Assembly (NCBI RefSeq): GCF_004010195.1
Contig: NC_057718.1
Coordinates: 25,361,261-25,386,439, forward strand
Direction of reading: 5' to 3'
DNA from: Chiloscyllium plagiosum
Lineage: Eukaryota
DNA length: 25,179 nucleotides
The first letter of the stretch is position 1; the number at the start of each line of letters is the position of its first letter. The position numbers and the translations under genes are program-made. Positions 1-11,964 of the stretch are shown here, in pieces. The notes beneath the pieces are model-generated. The model was not told where the DNA came from and searched no databases. It worked only from the letters and a program-made list of their open reading frames with translations.

Positions 1-30
1 CACCTGCTGCCGTATACCTCCCATTACGAG
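1..30 (+). CDS. Possible 3' part of a coding exon of an unidentified host gene (..TCCRIPPIT[R])
   Basis: Frame from nt 2 is open and ends AG|gtgcag (phase 2, weak donor). This phase matches the single leading base of the 5595 exon. Very short and cut by the window edge. Confidence 0.2.
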
Positions 31-1423
31 GTGCAGACAAGCTTTAACTTTAACTCCTACTAGCTTCTCGGGAATTTGTGCCTACCTAGATGTGTAAGCA
101 CTCAGCAAGTTTAAAGCTGACTGTACCTTACTACCATTGCATAAGCAGAGTTGGAGCTTGCCTAGATCCGAAGGGCAAAATAAGCACAAAATAATCCTGA
201 GTCATGATCCACTAACTCACTTTCAAGTCCTGTCCAATTTCCATGTCTTCCAGTAATTAGTGTGATTTCGGTGATCCATTATTTAATATCTTAGTGGTTA
301 AAATGATTTAAGTGTTGCTACATTTCATCTGATTTTGAACTGTACTGTTGTATAACAGGCTCTTTCAAACATCTAAATGTTAGACTCTAACAGTTCACTA
401 CAAATATTCAGCCCCTTGATAACTGAAATCTGCACCTTTGTACTCGTTATATGCTGGTTAACATGTCTCAGTTTGATAACTGAGCTTATAATTATCATGT
501 TGCTACTGCTCTCTCAGTCTGTGATCTTCGATTTTCTGAATATGTTTATTTGTTGCGTCTGCACTTTATCAATGTCTGGGCACATAAAGAATAATATATT
601 GGCAAATTGAACAACCTTAGTCCTTCATTCTGACATTAGAAATTCATTGGTAAGAACAGGCTGAGATCAGAACCCTGGAGAATCCCAAAACTTTATTGAA
701 ATTTCTGTCTCCACTCTGACACTCAGCTCAACAATGCAGCCCCATTCACTGTCTTTTGCAAAGGGTTTGTGCTGACTCCTTCACTACTCAACATCTGCAT
801 TAGCCATTTACACAGTTTTGTGCAAATTAATTTATGCTGAGAGTTACCTGCATTAGTGAGACCCTTTTCACCGCCCTACAGATTATGGTGAATACACTCA
901 ATACTCAAAGCTGTTCTTTACTACCTCTAAACCTTTGGTAACAACTTTCAATGAAACAATAGAACCACCAAGGAAGCACTTAATGAAATCTTTTGGACAG
1001 AAATGTGAATTTAGAGCCAATTTGGCAAATATGTGCTGGAATTAAGAGCAAGGACTTGCCTCAATTAAGTACTTATGAGCATTACATTAAGCACACAGGC
1101 TTTGACCAGTGACTCCAGCACTGTTATACATACCCATGAATATTGCACACAGGTTTGGGCATTCAGCTGACATACCAAATCTCTACATCCACAATGAAGA
1201 CTAAGATGAATACACAATCAATGTTTCATCACTGTAGTATGGACATCAAATCCAAGAGACATTCGTTTTCAAACACAATTGAACCACAGCCAAACTACAC
1301 TTACCAATTTGTGATGATCGCTAGAACTTTAAAAAGTCACACCTGTAATCTCACACAAGTCTTCATTAGATTGGACTAATGGTCTCAAACCGTTCTTGCA
1401 TAGAGTTCGAAGATTCTAATATA

Positions 1424-1503
1424 CATGGAAGATAAAAGCAGGAGTAGGTTAATTCAAACCTTCAAGCCTACTCTGCCATCAATATGGCTGATCATCCAAC
1501 TCA
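1424..1503 (-). mobile_element. CR1 LINE 3' terminus, separated from its body by the Penelope insertion
   Basis: catggaagataaaagcaggagtagg...ttcaagcctactctgcc...atggctgatc resembles the reverse complement of shark CR1 3' ends and the copy at 14176 onward. CR1 sequence resumes at about 3071. Confidence 0.7.
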
Positions 1504-3070
1504 ACAATTTCTCCTTTGAATCCTCCCACTTCCTCCAGACGAAAAGGGTAGACATGGGCACCTGCATGGGCCCCAGCCACGTCTGTCTCTTTGTCTGCTA
1601 CATGGAACAGTCTATCTTCCATAGTTATACTGGCACCACTCCACACCGTTTCCATTGCTACATTGTTGACTGTATTGGTACCACCTCGTGCACCCACAAG
1701 AAGGTTGAACAGTTCATCAACTTCAACAACACATACCAGCCTGACCTTAAATTCACCTGAACCATCTCTGACACCTCCCTCCCCTTCCTGGACCTCTCCA
1801 TTTCCATCAATGGTGACCAACTCAAAACTGACATCTTCTACAAACCTACTGACTCTCACAGCTACCTGGATTACACCTCCTCCCACCCTACCTCCTGCAA
1901 AAATGCGATCCCTTATTCCCAATTCCTCCACCTCTGCCTCGTCTGCTCCCAGGAAGACCAGTTCCACCACAGAACACAACAGATGGCCTGCTTCTTTAGA
2001 GATCACAATTTCCCCTCTCACATGGGTGATGATGCCCTCCAGCACATATCATCCATATCCCGCACCTCTGCCCTTGAACCCCACTCCTCCAACCACAACA
2101 AGGACAGAACCCCCCGGTCCCAACTTCCACCCCACCAACCTCCATATACATCACATCATCCTCCGCCATTTCCGCCACCGACAAACGGACCTCACCACCA
2201 GAAATATATTTCCCACTCCATCCCTATCCGCTTTCCATAAAGACCATTCCCTCTGTGATTACCTTGTCAGGTCCACGTGCCCCCAACAACCCACCCTCCT
2301 CTCCCGGCACCTTGCCCTGCCGCCCCAGGAATCGTAAAACCTGCACCCATACCTCCCCCCTCACCTCCATCCAAGGCCCCAAAGGAGCCTTCCACTTCCA
2401 TCATAGTTTCACCTGCACTTCCACACATGTCATTTACTGTGTCCATTGATCCCGATGTGGTCTTCTCTACATTGGAGAGATAGAAAGCCTACTCACAGAG
2501 CGTTTCAGAGAACATCTCCAGGACACCTGCACCAATCATCCCACTGCCCCTTGACCAAACACTTCAACTCCCCCTCCCACTCAGCAGAGGACATGCAGGA
2601 CCTGGACCTCCTCCATCGCCAGTCCCTTACCACCCAACACCTGGAGGAAGAATGCCTCATCTTCTGCCTCGGGACCCTCCAACCCCATGGCAACAATGCG
2701 GACTTCACCAGTTTCCTCTTTTCCTCTCCCCATACCTTATTCCAGTTCCAACCTTCCAGCTCAGCACTGCCCTCATGACTTGTCCCGCCTATCCATCTTC
2801 CTTTCCACCTACCCACTCCACTCTCCCCTCCAACCTATCACTTTTATCCTCATCTCCATCCACCTATTGCTCTCTCAGCTTCCTTCCCCCAGCCTCACCC
2901 CCCCTCACATTTATCTCTCTACCCTCGAGGCTCCCACCCTCATTCCTGATGAAGGACTTTTGCCCAAAATGTCGATTCTCCTGCTCCTCAGATGCTGCCT
3001 GACCTGCTGTGCTTTTCCAGCACCTCACTCTTTGACTCTAATCTCCAGCATCTGTCGTCCTCACTTTCAC
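1500..3070 (+). mobile_element. 5'-truncated, decayed Penelope-like retroelement (RT C-terminal half, Cys linker, GIY-YIG endonuclease, 3' terminus); Neptune-like
   Basis: Translated motifs: LNNFSF..QTKRVDMGTCMGPS..LFV, YIVD (degenerate YIDD), LPFLDL, YKPTDSHSYLDYTSSHP, GTLPCRPRNRKTC linker, FTCTSTHVIYCVH*SRCGLLYIGE (GIY-YIG, ~2408-2479), HFNSPSHS, LIFCLGTLQPHG. Stops and frameshifts are present. The terminus matches other Penelope ends in the window. Confidence 0.92.
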
Positions 3071-3559
3071 TCAAGCACTTGGCCTCAAGCACTTCCTGTG
3101 GCAGAAAACTCCCCAGCCTCTCCATTCTCTGGGTGAAGACATTATTTTCTCATCTGGTCCTACATGGTTTATTCTGTATTCTGAGACTGTGACCCCGGTT
3201 GTGGACTCCCCAGTAATCAGAAATATCCTTCCTGCATTTATACTGCCTCGTCCTGTTAGAATTGCATAGATTTCCGTCACATTGCCCCTCATTTTTCTGA
3301 ATTCCAGCTAATATAATCCTAACTGATTTATCCTCTTCTCATACATCAGTCCTGCCATCCCAGGAATCAGTCTGGTAAGCCTTCTTCCACTCACTGAACA
3401 TCCAGAACATTCTTCCTCAGACATGGAGACCCAAACTGTACACACTATTCCAGATGTAATCTCACCAAGGTCCTGTATAATTGTAGCAAGTCTACTCTGG
3501 TCCTGTACTCAAATCCTCTCACTATGAAGGCCAATATACCATTTGCCCTGAAATAAACA

Positions 3560-3706
3560 AATAGAACTGAATTGAATTAGCTTTATTGTCACATGTACCC
3601 AATTGAATACAGTGAAAAGTTTATATGTCACCACTTACAGCGCCATCTTAGGTACAATCCTGAGTTAAAAAATAGAGAAATGAAGAAAAATAGTTACATT
3701 ACAGTC
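3560..3706 (-). mobile_element. 3' tail of a second LINE (Rex1/Babar-like) nested in the CR1
   Basis: Minus strand ends gtacatgtgacaataaagctaattcaattcagttc, i.e. AATAAA followed by a short AATTC-type tail, as I recall for Rex1/Babar ends. No ORF support. Confidence 0.5.
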
Positions 3707-3744
3707 AGTAAAAGCAGGAAGCAAAGTTAAAAAGACAAACATGA

Positions 3745-3785
3745 CAGTCATACAAAAATTGCTGGAGAAACTCAGCAGGTCTGAC
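3745..3785 (-). mobile_element. Short Penelope-terminus fragment
   Basis: gctggagaaactcagcaggtctgac resembles gctggaaaaacacagcaggccaggc at ~25083. Confidence 0.45.
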
Positions 3786-4740
3786 ACCCAAGTCTCGTTG
3801 CACTTCCTCCTTTCCAAATCTATCATCATTCAGAACGTAATCTGCTTTCCTGTTTTTGCTATCAAAATGGACAACCTTGTATTTATCCACATTATCCTTA
3901 GTCTACCATGCATGTGCTCACTCACTCAGCTTGAATAAATCACATTGAGGGGTCTCTGCATCCACCTGACAGTTCACCATCCCACCTAGCTTTGTGTTGT
4001 CTGCAAACTTGGAGCTATTACACTTAGTCCTTTTATCTAAATCATTAATATATGTTGCGACCAGCTGAGATGCTAGCACTGATCCCTGCAGTATCACACA
4101 AGGCACTGGCTGCCACAAGGGAAATGACCCATTTATTCATTCTCTTTGTTTCCTGTCTGCCAGCCAGTTCTTTATCCCTGTGTGTACCCCCATCCCAGGC
4201 ACTTTAATTTTACACGCTGATCTCTTATACAGGGCTCTTTGAAACCATCTGAAAGCCCAAATAAATCAAATCTAGAATCTTCCCCTTATTGGCTCTAATT
4301 ATTACATCCTTTAAAATTTCCAGTATATTTGTCAAACATGATTTCCTTTTTGTAAATCCATGCTGACTCTGCCCAATTGTGTCACTGTTTTCCAAGTGTT
4401 CTACTGTTAAATTTTTTATTTTATCTAGTGATGTCAGGCTAATTGGTTTATAATCCTTATTTTCTCTCTGCCCCTTTTTTTAAACAGTGGGGTTGCATTA
4501 GCTATCCACCAGTTCATAGGAGATCTTACGATGTTTATGAAATCTTGAATGATGATCACCAATGCATTCATTAGGGTCACTTCCTTAAGTGCTGTGGGAT
4601 GTAGATTATCGCGTCCTGGGGACTTTGCAGCCTTCAATCCCATTAATTTTCCCAACACCATTTCCTGACTAAGACTGATTTCCTTCAGATTCTCTCACTA
4701 GAGTCTATGTTCCTTCAAATTTTCAGAATGTTATTTATCT

Positions 4741-5033
4741 CCTCCATGTGTCTGCGTGTGTTTCCTCCTGGTGCAGCAGTTTCCTCCCATAGTCCAAAGG
4801 CGTGCAGGTTTGGTGGCTGAATTGTGTTAAATTGCCCATAGTGTCTCGGGATGTACAGATTAGGTGGATTGGTCAAGCTAAATTGCCCCATGTCTGGGGA
4901 TTTGGAAGTCAGGTGGAGTGTCATGGTAAATGTGGGGGTACAGAGCTTGGATGGGGTTCTGGATGGGATGCTCTTCAGGGGTTCGATGCAAACTCAATGG
5001 CCTTTTTCCAAACTGTAGGGATTCTATGATTCT
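4741..5033 (+). mobile_element. HE1-type V-SINE lacking its tRNA head, with a CR1-derived 3' tail
   Basis: V-domain ccatgtgtctgcgtgtgtttcctcctggtgcagcagtttcctcccatagtccaaagg, a duplicated gtgcagg..taaattgccc unit, and tail ctgtagggattctatgattct. Homologous to the copy at 23480-23822. Confidence 0.85.
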
Positions 5034-5594
5034 TTGCGATGTACTTTGCAAATAGGTGCAGTAGAGTGGATGAAGCAGCACTTCAGAAAGACCTGTAATT
5101 TGTACCTAATTTGTTTGAAGCAATGCAATTGTAGTTAGTGTACTGGCTGGCTTGCAATAGTCTTAGGATCTTTGCCTTCGCTGTAACTACCTTTGTGTGC
5201 ACTTAGCGGCAGCCATTAAATGCACATATTTTCAGCATACTTCCTCATCTCTGACACTGTCTGTGATGTATCTCTTCAAAGTTACAAGGACTAAAATCTC
5301 GGTTCATCCTGAAAATGATGACAGGATCACCTGATTCATTTCTAGTGGATGCAAATGCTAACCCATCAATCATTATTACATTTGGATATTACATCACAGG
5401 AAAATATACATTTGCTTTGCTGCCAGACAGAAAACATTTTTAAAGCCCCCAGGTCTTAGTTCTCTTTATTTTGTTCAATATAATTGACTGCATTTACAGT
5501 GTTCACTGGATGTACTATACTCCTTCATTTTAATCTGTTTGGATGATAAATGAATAGTATTCATCTCATTTCTTTTAAATTATTTCTTAATTAG

Positions 5595-5703
5595 ATGGAA
5601 GCCATTTGATCGGGAAGAATATGACTTAAAGTTAACACAAGAACGGAAGGTTCTTGACATGGATCATGATAAGAAATTCTTTCAATCCGTGACTATACCG
5701 AGG
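5595..5703 (+). CDS. Candidate internal coding exon of an unidentified gene: [R]WKPFDREEYDLKLTQERKVLDMDHDKKFFQSVTIPR
   Basis: Acceptor ttaaattatttcttaattag|A and donor AGG|gtagga. 109 nt, open, starts phase 2 and ends phase 0, purine-rich, retains CpGs, lies in non-repeat DNA. An alternative in-frame donor AAT|gtaagt exists at 5734/5735. Confidence 0.6.
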
Positions 5704-5961
5704 GTAGGAATTAATACTTTTGATATAATACAATGTAAGTTCACCTCCACTTCTTTCAGGAAAGTCTCTGAACCTCAGGTCTCAGCAATTGGAGACTTTG
5801 CTAGACTCCATTCCTCAACTGCGACCTTCAAGTTTACCCCAGTTCCACAGGCAGTTCCCTCTGGTTTGTAGCTTATTTTAGCAATAGGGCAGCCACTTCC
5901 TGCTAACTTCATGTCCTGCTTACTTTGTCAGAAGTCTATTTTTGAATCAACTAGTTCAGGT

Positions 5962-6328
5962 ATTAGAACACATCCTTGGAGTGGGTGGCACTTGAACATG
6001 GGCCTTCTGGTTATGGACACCACCTAAATGCTATAACAGTCCTACAAGCTGGGAGTTTTAGGCATTTTTAATCAACCTGTTGAGAGATGTTATGACACAC
6101 CTTTGAAGGAAGTTGGATTTGAAGTAAGCCCAGGTCTCCTGGCTCAGAAGAGGGGACACTACCACTGGACCACAAGAGCCATCTGCTGGGAGTTATAGAT
6201 ATTTTCTCATCAACCTGTTTTGAGATGTTACTGCGCATCACTGGAGCAGGTGGGACTTGAATACAGAACTTCTGGTCTAGAGGTAGGGACACTACCGTTG
6301 CTCCACAAGAACCCCCATGATGGGAGGT
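5962..6328 (-). repeat. Three tandem ~135-bp units, each containing a short tRNA-derived SINE
   Basis: Best copy (6202-6316) read on minus: ggggttcttgTGGAGCAACGGTagtgtccctacc...GTATTCAAGTCCcacctgctccag...aacaggttgatgagaaaa, with Pol III box A/B-like motifs. Other copies at ~6066-6180 and ~5962-6043 (most decayed). Confidence 0.7.
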
Positions 6329-6444
6329 AGGTTTTTCACTGCAGGGGTTCCAGATAAGTATGAAAATTATAATTAATTATCATTAATTTGGATCAGCTAG
6401 GACCAGACATAATTGATAGGACCTTGACAAGCAACTTTAAATAG

Positions 6445-6618
6445 TTAAAAATCACACAGCACCAGGTTATAGTCCAACAGGTTTTATTGGAAGCACACTA
6501 TCTTTCGGAGTGACGCTCCTTCATCAGGTGATTGTCTATAACCTGTTGGACTATAACCTGGTGTTGTGTGATTTTTAACTTTGTACACCCCAGTCCAACA
6601 CCGGCATCTCCGAATCAT
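6445..6618. mobile_element. Inverted Penelope-terminus cassette (second Penelope family) with 12-bp target-site duplication
   Basis: 41-bp inverted arms at 6443-6483 and 6540-6580 (1 mismatch). Flanking direct repeat aactttaaatag at 6433-6444 and 6619-6630. Contains a hammerhead motif. Confidence 0.8.
6494..6532 (-). ncRNA. Minimal type I hammerhead ribozyme motif, core intact
   Basis: Minus strand reads cac-CTGATGA-a-GGAG-cgtca-CTCC-GAAA-ga-TA-gtg: both core boxes, a 4-bp stem II and a CAC/GTG stem I. Activity is unproven. Confidence 0.65.
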
Positions 6619-9600
6619 AACTTTAAATAGCTAACTCTTACTAAGCTTAAGGTTTTGATTTCATCGGTCCAACTGGAATCCTACTGAAAATGATACCTTG
6701 GTTCAACAAATTTACATAATATGGCATTAGAAAAAAATGCTTCTCTTTCTCTCTTCCAACTCATGATAGTAACCACCAGCTGACGCAAAACTACACCATG
6801 TAGCTGCTGTTTTGATCCCTCAATTGTATGTGACCTCAACCAAGTTGTTGGAAAGACCCAAAAGTTAAGAAATCTTCATGAAGCAATATCTTCCCCGTTA
6901 AGTAATTTAAAGAGAAGTTTATTGCAAGTTTATTTAAAGAAAATTTTATTGCAAGTATTTTTTAAATAAATATTTTAAATCCCAATGATGTTAATCAGCC
7001 CATCAATACAATTTGTTATCCCTATAATATTACTGCTGCTGTAAACTCAAGAAGCAATTCTTGGAACCAATGGCAGATTTCATTGCCAATCCTGGATACC
7101 TCAAAAAATAATGGCTTAATGAGGACCTTATTCTCTGAAGCTGTGGGCATCTAGTCAAATCTTCAATAGTTCTTTTCATATGTTCTTTTGTTAAATGATC
7201 TAATTGCTTTCACTCATCATTCAATTTCCAACCATTCGGACGTGTTGTTAGCTTAGTAAACAACAATGAACTAAGGTGCGCTGAATGATTCACTTTTGTT
7301 TGATTCTAAACAGCTGAAATCAAAACCAATAGAAAATTCCATATCAGGCACTAGAGCAATGGGTGCTGTATTTCGAGCTCTCCCTGTGTATACTGTAAGT
7401 TGATCCCTTTTATTTCTCTGTAAAAGTAATGATATACTTGATAAGCTGATGATTGTATTGCTTTACACTCATTTTATATTTGCAGCTAAAGCCCTAATTA
7501 GAATTTAGAGCATTAGTTGCAAATCTAAAATGCACGTAAAGCAACTGAGGCACCAATAATAAATATTAAACTGGAGATTTGTTTTAAATGAAGTCTTTTT
7601 GTGTCTTCAATAAATTTTTTTGGAAATATCAAAGCATTGATTCTTTTTATATGCTCTTAAGTTTTTAGAACCTTGTGTGTCAATTTAAATATTGATTCAG
7701 CAAAAAATAACATTTATTTTTCATGAGTACAAGGAAACCTAAAGGAGAGGCTCTTCTGTAGAGCTGCAGTGCAGCTTACTCGTGCCTCTCTGAGGAGCTG
7801 TGTTATCTTCAGTTGCATTTCACCAATAAAAGTCTTAAACATTACTGTCCTCCAAATCTCCTCACTAAACGGAGTTGAGCACCCTGAAAGTCACAGCACA
7901 TCTCAACGTCTTTGCAATTGGATCTTCTGAAACCTCCAGTAGCAACACTTTGTTAGGCTACAGTTCACCATTGTAAACATCAGATCAATGATGTGTTGAT
8001 GTTCAGGGCTAAAGATTTAATACACTGTTTTGTCTGATGCCTCACATCTGGGCACACTGCATTTTATCAGCATGAGAAGCTCTGACAGTTAGTTGATCAG
8101 AAAGGCCAGACTGGAAGGACAATATGTAAGCTTCTGGACTTTGTTGATCCTTTTAAAAATATTGGCTAACTGAGCTCCAGCATTTATTAATTGCTAAAAA
8201 GTGTAGACTGGGCAGGTACCCACTCCACTTTTCTTGCTGACTGATCCTCTCAGATTCAGGTGCAAAGACTGCTTCCAAAATCTCTTGAGAAACTATTGAA
8301 AATTGACACTTTGTAAGCATGACTTGAAAAAACTGAAACATTGTTTCAAGCCATGACTGTGTAGGCATTGACTGTCTTCAATTAGTGGCAGCAAAGCAAA
8401 GCTGATGCCCATTCTGTGGCCAAGTGAAGCATTTCAGGGCCAATTCTCACCTCCACTAGCACCTTACCACTATCAGGAGGGGCTGCTTTTATGTGTGGAA
8501 ACCATCAAACTGAAACTGGTGACCTCTTGGAAGGTTCTGGGCTTGTTTGGGTGGGGGGGTGTAAGAGGACTCAGTTATAGCTGCTGCTTGCCCCAAGGGG
8601 TCCCACAAATTGGGATTGTCCATCCCTTCCATTTTGCTAACCAGCTCTGGCTTGCTGGGAATAATTAGCTGTCTTTGGGATTTGCAATTGAATAAAATGA
8701 AGGCAAAGACTATTCAACATTGAGTTAATTTTGACTTTGTTCTTTTGGATCGCAATGTCTATGCATGAGATCGATCAAATTTTAAATAACACAATGTGCT
8801 TAAACTTATTGTCTAACTTACTTCATATTCATGACTTCAAGAACAAATGAGGTAGATGTAAATGATGACATAAAGAACTGAGTTTTACCAGCTCCATGGT
8901 GACAGGCTGGGAGGTGGGAGGATTGGTAAAATGGAGATGGAGGAGAGTCCAATGTCTTCCTGCATATAACAATGGCAGAGCCTCTGTGTCATCGATGCTC
9001 ACTGGGCAGCCTCATGAGATGTGAAAGGGCTGCTTTGCTTTGCCCACCTGCAATTTACTGGTGTAAGGAGGGACCATCTCTGCCTGGGCAGACAGTGAAG
9101 TAAACCCTAGTAGTCTCCTAACAGGTTCCCAGGGAAGGCCATCTATTATGGCCACTCCATGGCCTATGGAGAGGTGATCCATTTAAAATGTCAATCCCCT
9201 TTCAGTGAAGGTGCCACTTTGAAGAGGTCGCCTGCCACTTGCCAGAGTCCGCCTGACTGGCTGATTAAAAAAGATCAATCTCCATTGTCTTCAATGGATG
9301 TCAAGTCCCGACAAGTGCCTCCTAATTGGCCACCTTAAGTGAAATGCTATCCCAATGGCCCACAGTCATCACTATTAGGACAGCTCACATTTCCATACCA
9401 GAAAAGATCGGCTTAAAGTGTCCTTTAAGACTAAAATAAAAGCAATCAGTATCGAAAAGTTGCAACATTTTCACAGGCAACTTAACAGTTCATGGGTATT
9501 TTATTTCCTGAAATCATGAGAAAATGAAGTGTAAATACAGTAAGATGCAAAGCTTGAAGACTACAATTAAACCTCTAGGATAAGGTATCTACTGGGGCTG

Positions 9601-9646
9601 AGGTATTTGTTCCATTGTATTTGTTAATGTATTATCTTCCCCGTAG

Positions 9647-9772
9647 ATCAATCCTTTATTCCAGGTGGACCCATTTGAAGGCATTTCCATTAGTTCAGAA
9701 AAAGGTGTTGGTCATGACTCACTCCATAACCTTTTTGCAGGAGAAAGGAAAGTCTTTGCAAATTTTAAGAAG
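9647..9772 (+). CDS. Candidate internal coding exon: INPLFQVDPFEGISISSEKGVGHDSLHNLFAGERKVFANFKK
   Basis: Acceptor gtattatcttccccgtag|A and donor AAG|gtcagt. 126 nt, open, phase 0-0, joins in frame to 5595-5703. Confidence 0.6.
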
Positions 9773-10384
9773 GTCAGTGATTCTGAGTAATAAGCAGGAG
9801 TGAAATAATCAAAAAAATTTGTTTGTTTCTCAGAGTGTGTATTTGCAGGCAGTTCATGATACCAACATGTCAAAGCTACTTGCTGACTTTAAACCAAATA
9901 TTCCAGACTCCAAACCAGTTGACATGTCTTTAAAGACTTGGATAATCTGTGCTTTACAATTAGAAAGTGTGTGTACCTTCACAGCCAGTTTTAGAGTGAT
10001 ACTAAACATTCTTCTGCCTGCAAGCTATGGTGTTCCAGCTATGCCTGTGAAAGGAGATTCAGAGAAAACAAAACATTTAAAATATAAGCACAATCAATGA
10101 TAGAAAGTGGTTTAGAGTGCACCCCAATTCAAATTGTGGAGCATACTGGTGTGCAAAGTTGCCCAACTTGAATTTACTAAAGTGATTTTAAGCTGCCTGC
10201 AGGGAAAAAAACTCCTTGCACTGAAAAAGCACCTTTTCATGCCTGTGGTCATCTTGAAATATATTACAATTGATGAACTATTTTTAAAGTGTAGCCACAA
10301 TTGTAATGTGAGAAAATTGATGGCTAGTTTACATGCAATAAGGCATGAAATTAGTTGGGGTATTAATATTGACTAGGACACACA

Positions 10385-10625
10385 CGATCATAAAAATGTT
10401 ACAGTGCAGAAGATTGCTAAGGGGAGGGTAATAGAGGGAAGAGCGAGCCTACGGTTTGGTAAGTGAGCCACAGGAAGAGGTCATGCTGACATGGTTTTGG
10501 GAGGGTCACAACATTGGAATGATTTTTGTAAATCTTTTCTCCGCTGTCTCTCAAGCTTTCACATCTTTCCAAAGGTATGTTCTCTACAACTGGGCACAAT
10601 ATTCCAACTGCGCCTGAACTTTGTC
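10385..10625 (-). mobile_element. Old CR1 3' fragment, probably continuous with 11965-12500 and split by the younger CR1
   Basis: catcataaaaatgttacagtgcagaag-like tail, and ctttcacatctttcc..acaactgggcacaatattccaactgcg, a degenerate version of the LEYCVQF region. The middle part is not recognisable. Confidence 0.5.
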
Positions 10626-10633
10626 TCTATTTT

Positions 10634-11662
10634 AAACATAGAACACAGAACATAGAAATGTACAGCACAGAACAGGCCCTTCGGCCGACGATGTCGTGCC
10701 GAGGATTAATCCTAATCTAAAATAAAATAACCTAACCTCTGCAACCCTCAATTCATTGCTGTCTGGATGCATGTCCAGCAGTTGCTTAAATGTCCCGAAT
10801 GACTCTGCTTCCACCCCCACCGCTGGCAACGCATTTCATGTATTCACAACTCTCTGCATAAAGAACCTACCTCTGATGTCTCCTCTATATCTTTCTCCTA
10901 ATATCTTAAAACTATGACCACTCATGCCAGTCAGTCCTGCCCTGGGGAAAGGTCTCTGGCTATTGACTCTATCCATGCCTCTCATTACCTTATATACCTT
11001 GATGAAGTCACCTCTCTTTCTCCTTCTCCCCAGAGAGAAAAGTCCGAGGTTAGTCAACCTCTCTTCATACAACAAGCCCTCCAGTTCAGGGAGCATCCTG
11101 GTAAACCTAGTTTGCACCCTCTCCAAAGCCTCTGTATCTTTCCTATAGTAGGGCAACCAGAACTGGACACAATATTCCAAGTGTGGTCTCACAGGGTCTT
11201 GTAGAGCTGCAGCAAAACCCCGCGGCTCTTAAACCCAATCCCCCTGTTAATGAAAGCCAAAACACCATATGCTTTCTTAACAACCCTATCCACTTGGGTG
11301 GCAACTTTGAGGGATCTATGTACTTGCTCACCCAGATCCCTCTGTTCCTCCACACTGCCAAGAATCCTGTCTTTAATCCTATATTCAGCATTCAAGTACG
11401 ACCTTCCAAAATGCATCACTTCGCATTTATCCAGGTTGAACTCCATTTTCCATTTCTCAGCCCAGTGCTGCATCCTGTCTATGTCGTACTGCAGCCTGCA
11501 ATAGCCCTCGATATTATCGATGGCACCTCCAACCTGTGTGTCATCTGCAAACTTACTAACCCATCCCTCAACTTCCTCATTCGAGTCATTTATAAAAAAC
11601 CACAAAGAGCAGAGGCCCAAGAACAGACCCCTGCAGGACACCACTCAACACTGACCTCCAGG
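10634..11662 (-). mobile_element. 5'-truncated CR1 LINE, relatively young
   Basis: (TTCTATG)n-type tail. ORFs 11189-11644 (SKFADDTQVGG..DKCEVMHFG..QRDLG) and 10836-11192 (RPHLEYCVQFWLPYYRKD..LERVQTRFTRM) are separated by a frameshift. Confidence 0.95.
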
Positions 11663-11964
11663 CCTTAACTGTAAGCCTTTCTTGTTTGTTGAAACAGTTT
11701 CAAATTATTTGGATCAAATTCAGTTTGGACAACACTGCACACAGACCAAGCTACACATTTTGTATTGGGTTGAACTCTGAACCACTTTGCATCAGCATTG
11801 ATTTACTTATGTTAAATGTTGTTTTTTTCTGAATCTTGTTTTGTTGGAATTTCTTACACGTCATGGCATACAGGGGAGGGGGAATGTTCAATATCACTCG
11901 AAAACTGGCCACAATGCACTTTTAAGTTTAAAGCACAGACCATCACAATGCAAAAAAGAACAAA

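Larger units (their letters stand above)
3071..4720 (-). mobile_element. Decayed CR1 LINE body (RT region), interrupted at ~3550-3785
   Basis: Minus-strand peptides KSPGRDNLHP..LKEV, ANATPLFKK, QGSVL..YINDLD..SKFADNTKLGG, DKYKVVHF and EEVQRDLGV are CR1 ORF2 motifs. Confidence 0.9.

Noticed and set aside
882..937. Possible exon (..YGEYTQYSKLFFTTSKPL) between ccctacag| and |gtaaca
   Set aside because: Weak donor. The phase does not join 5595 in that frame, and the phase-compatible frame creates TGA at the junction.
1479..3136. Long ORFs (248, 188 and 149 aa) as novel proteins
   Set aside because: They are alternative-frame or antisense readings of the C-rich Penelope element. The true frame is broken by stops and frameshifts.
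8880..9400. GC-richer block with a short inverted motif ttttacca/tggtaaaa, possibly an old non-autonomous DNA transposon
   Set aside because: I could not define termini, a TSD or coding similarity by eye.
10836..11668. ORFs of 118-161 aa as functional genes
   Set aside because: Frameshifted CR1 ORF2 fragments and their antisense shadows in a 5'-truncated copy.
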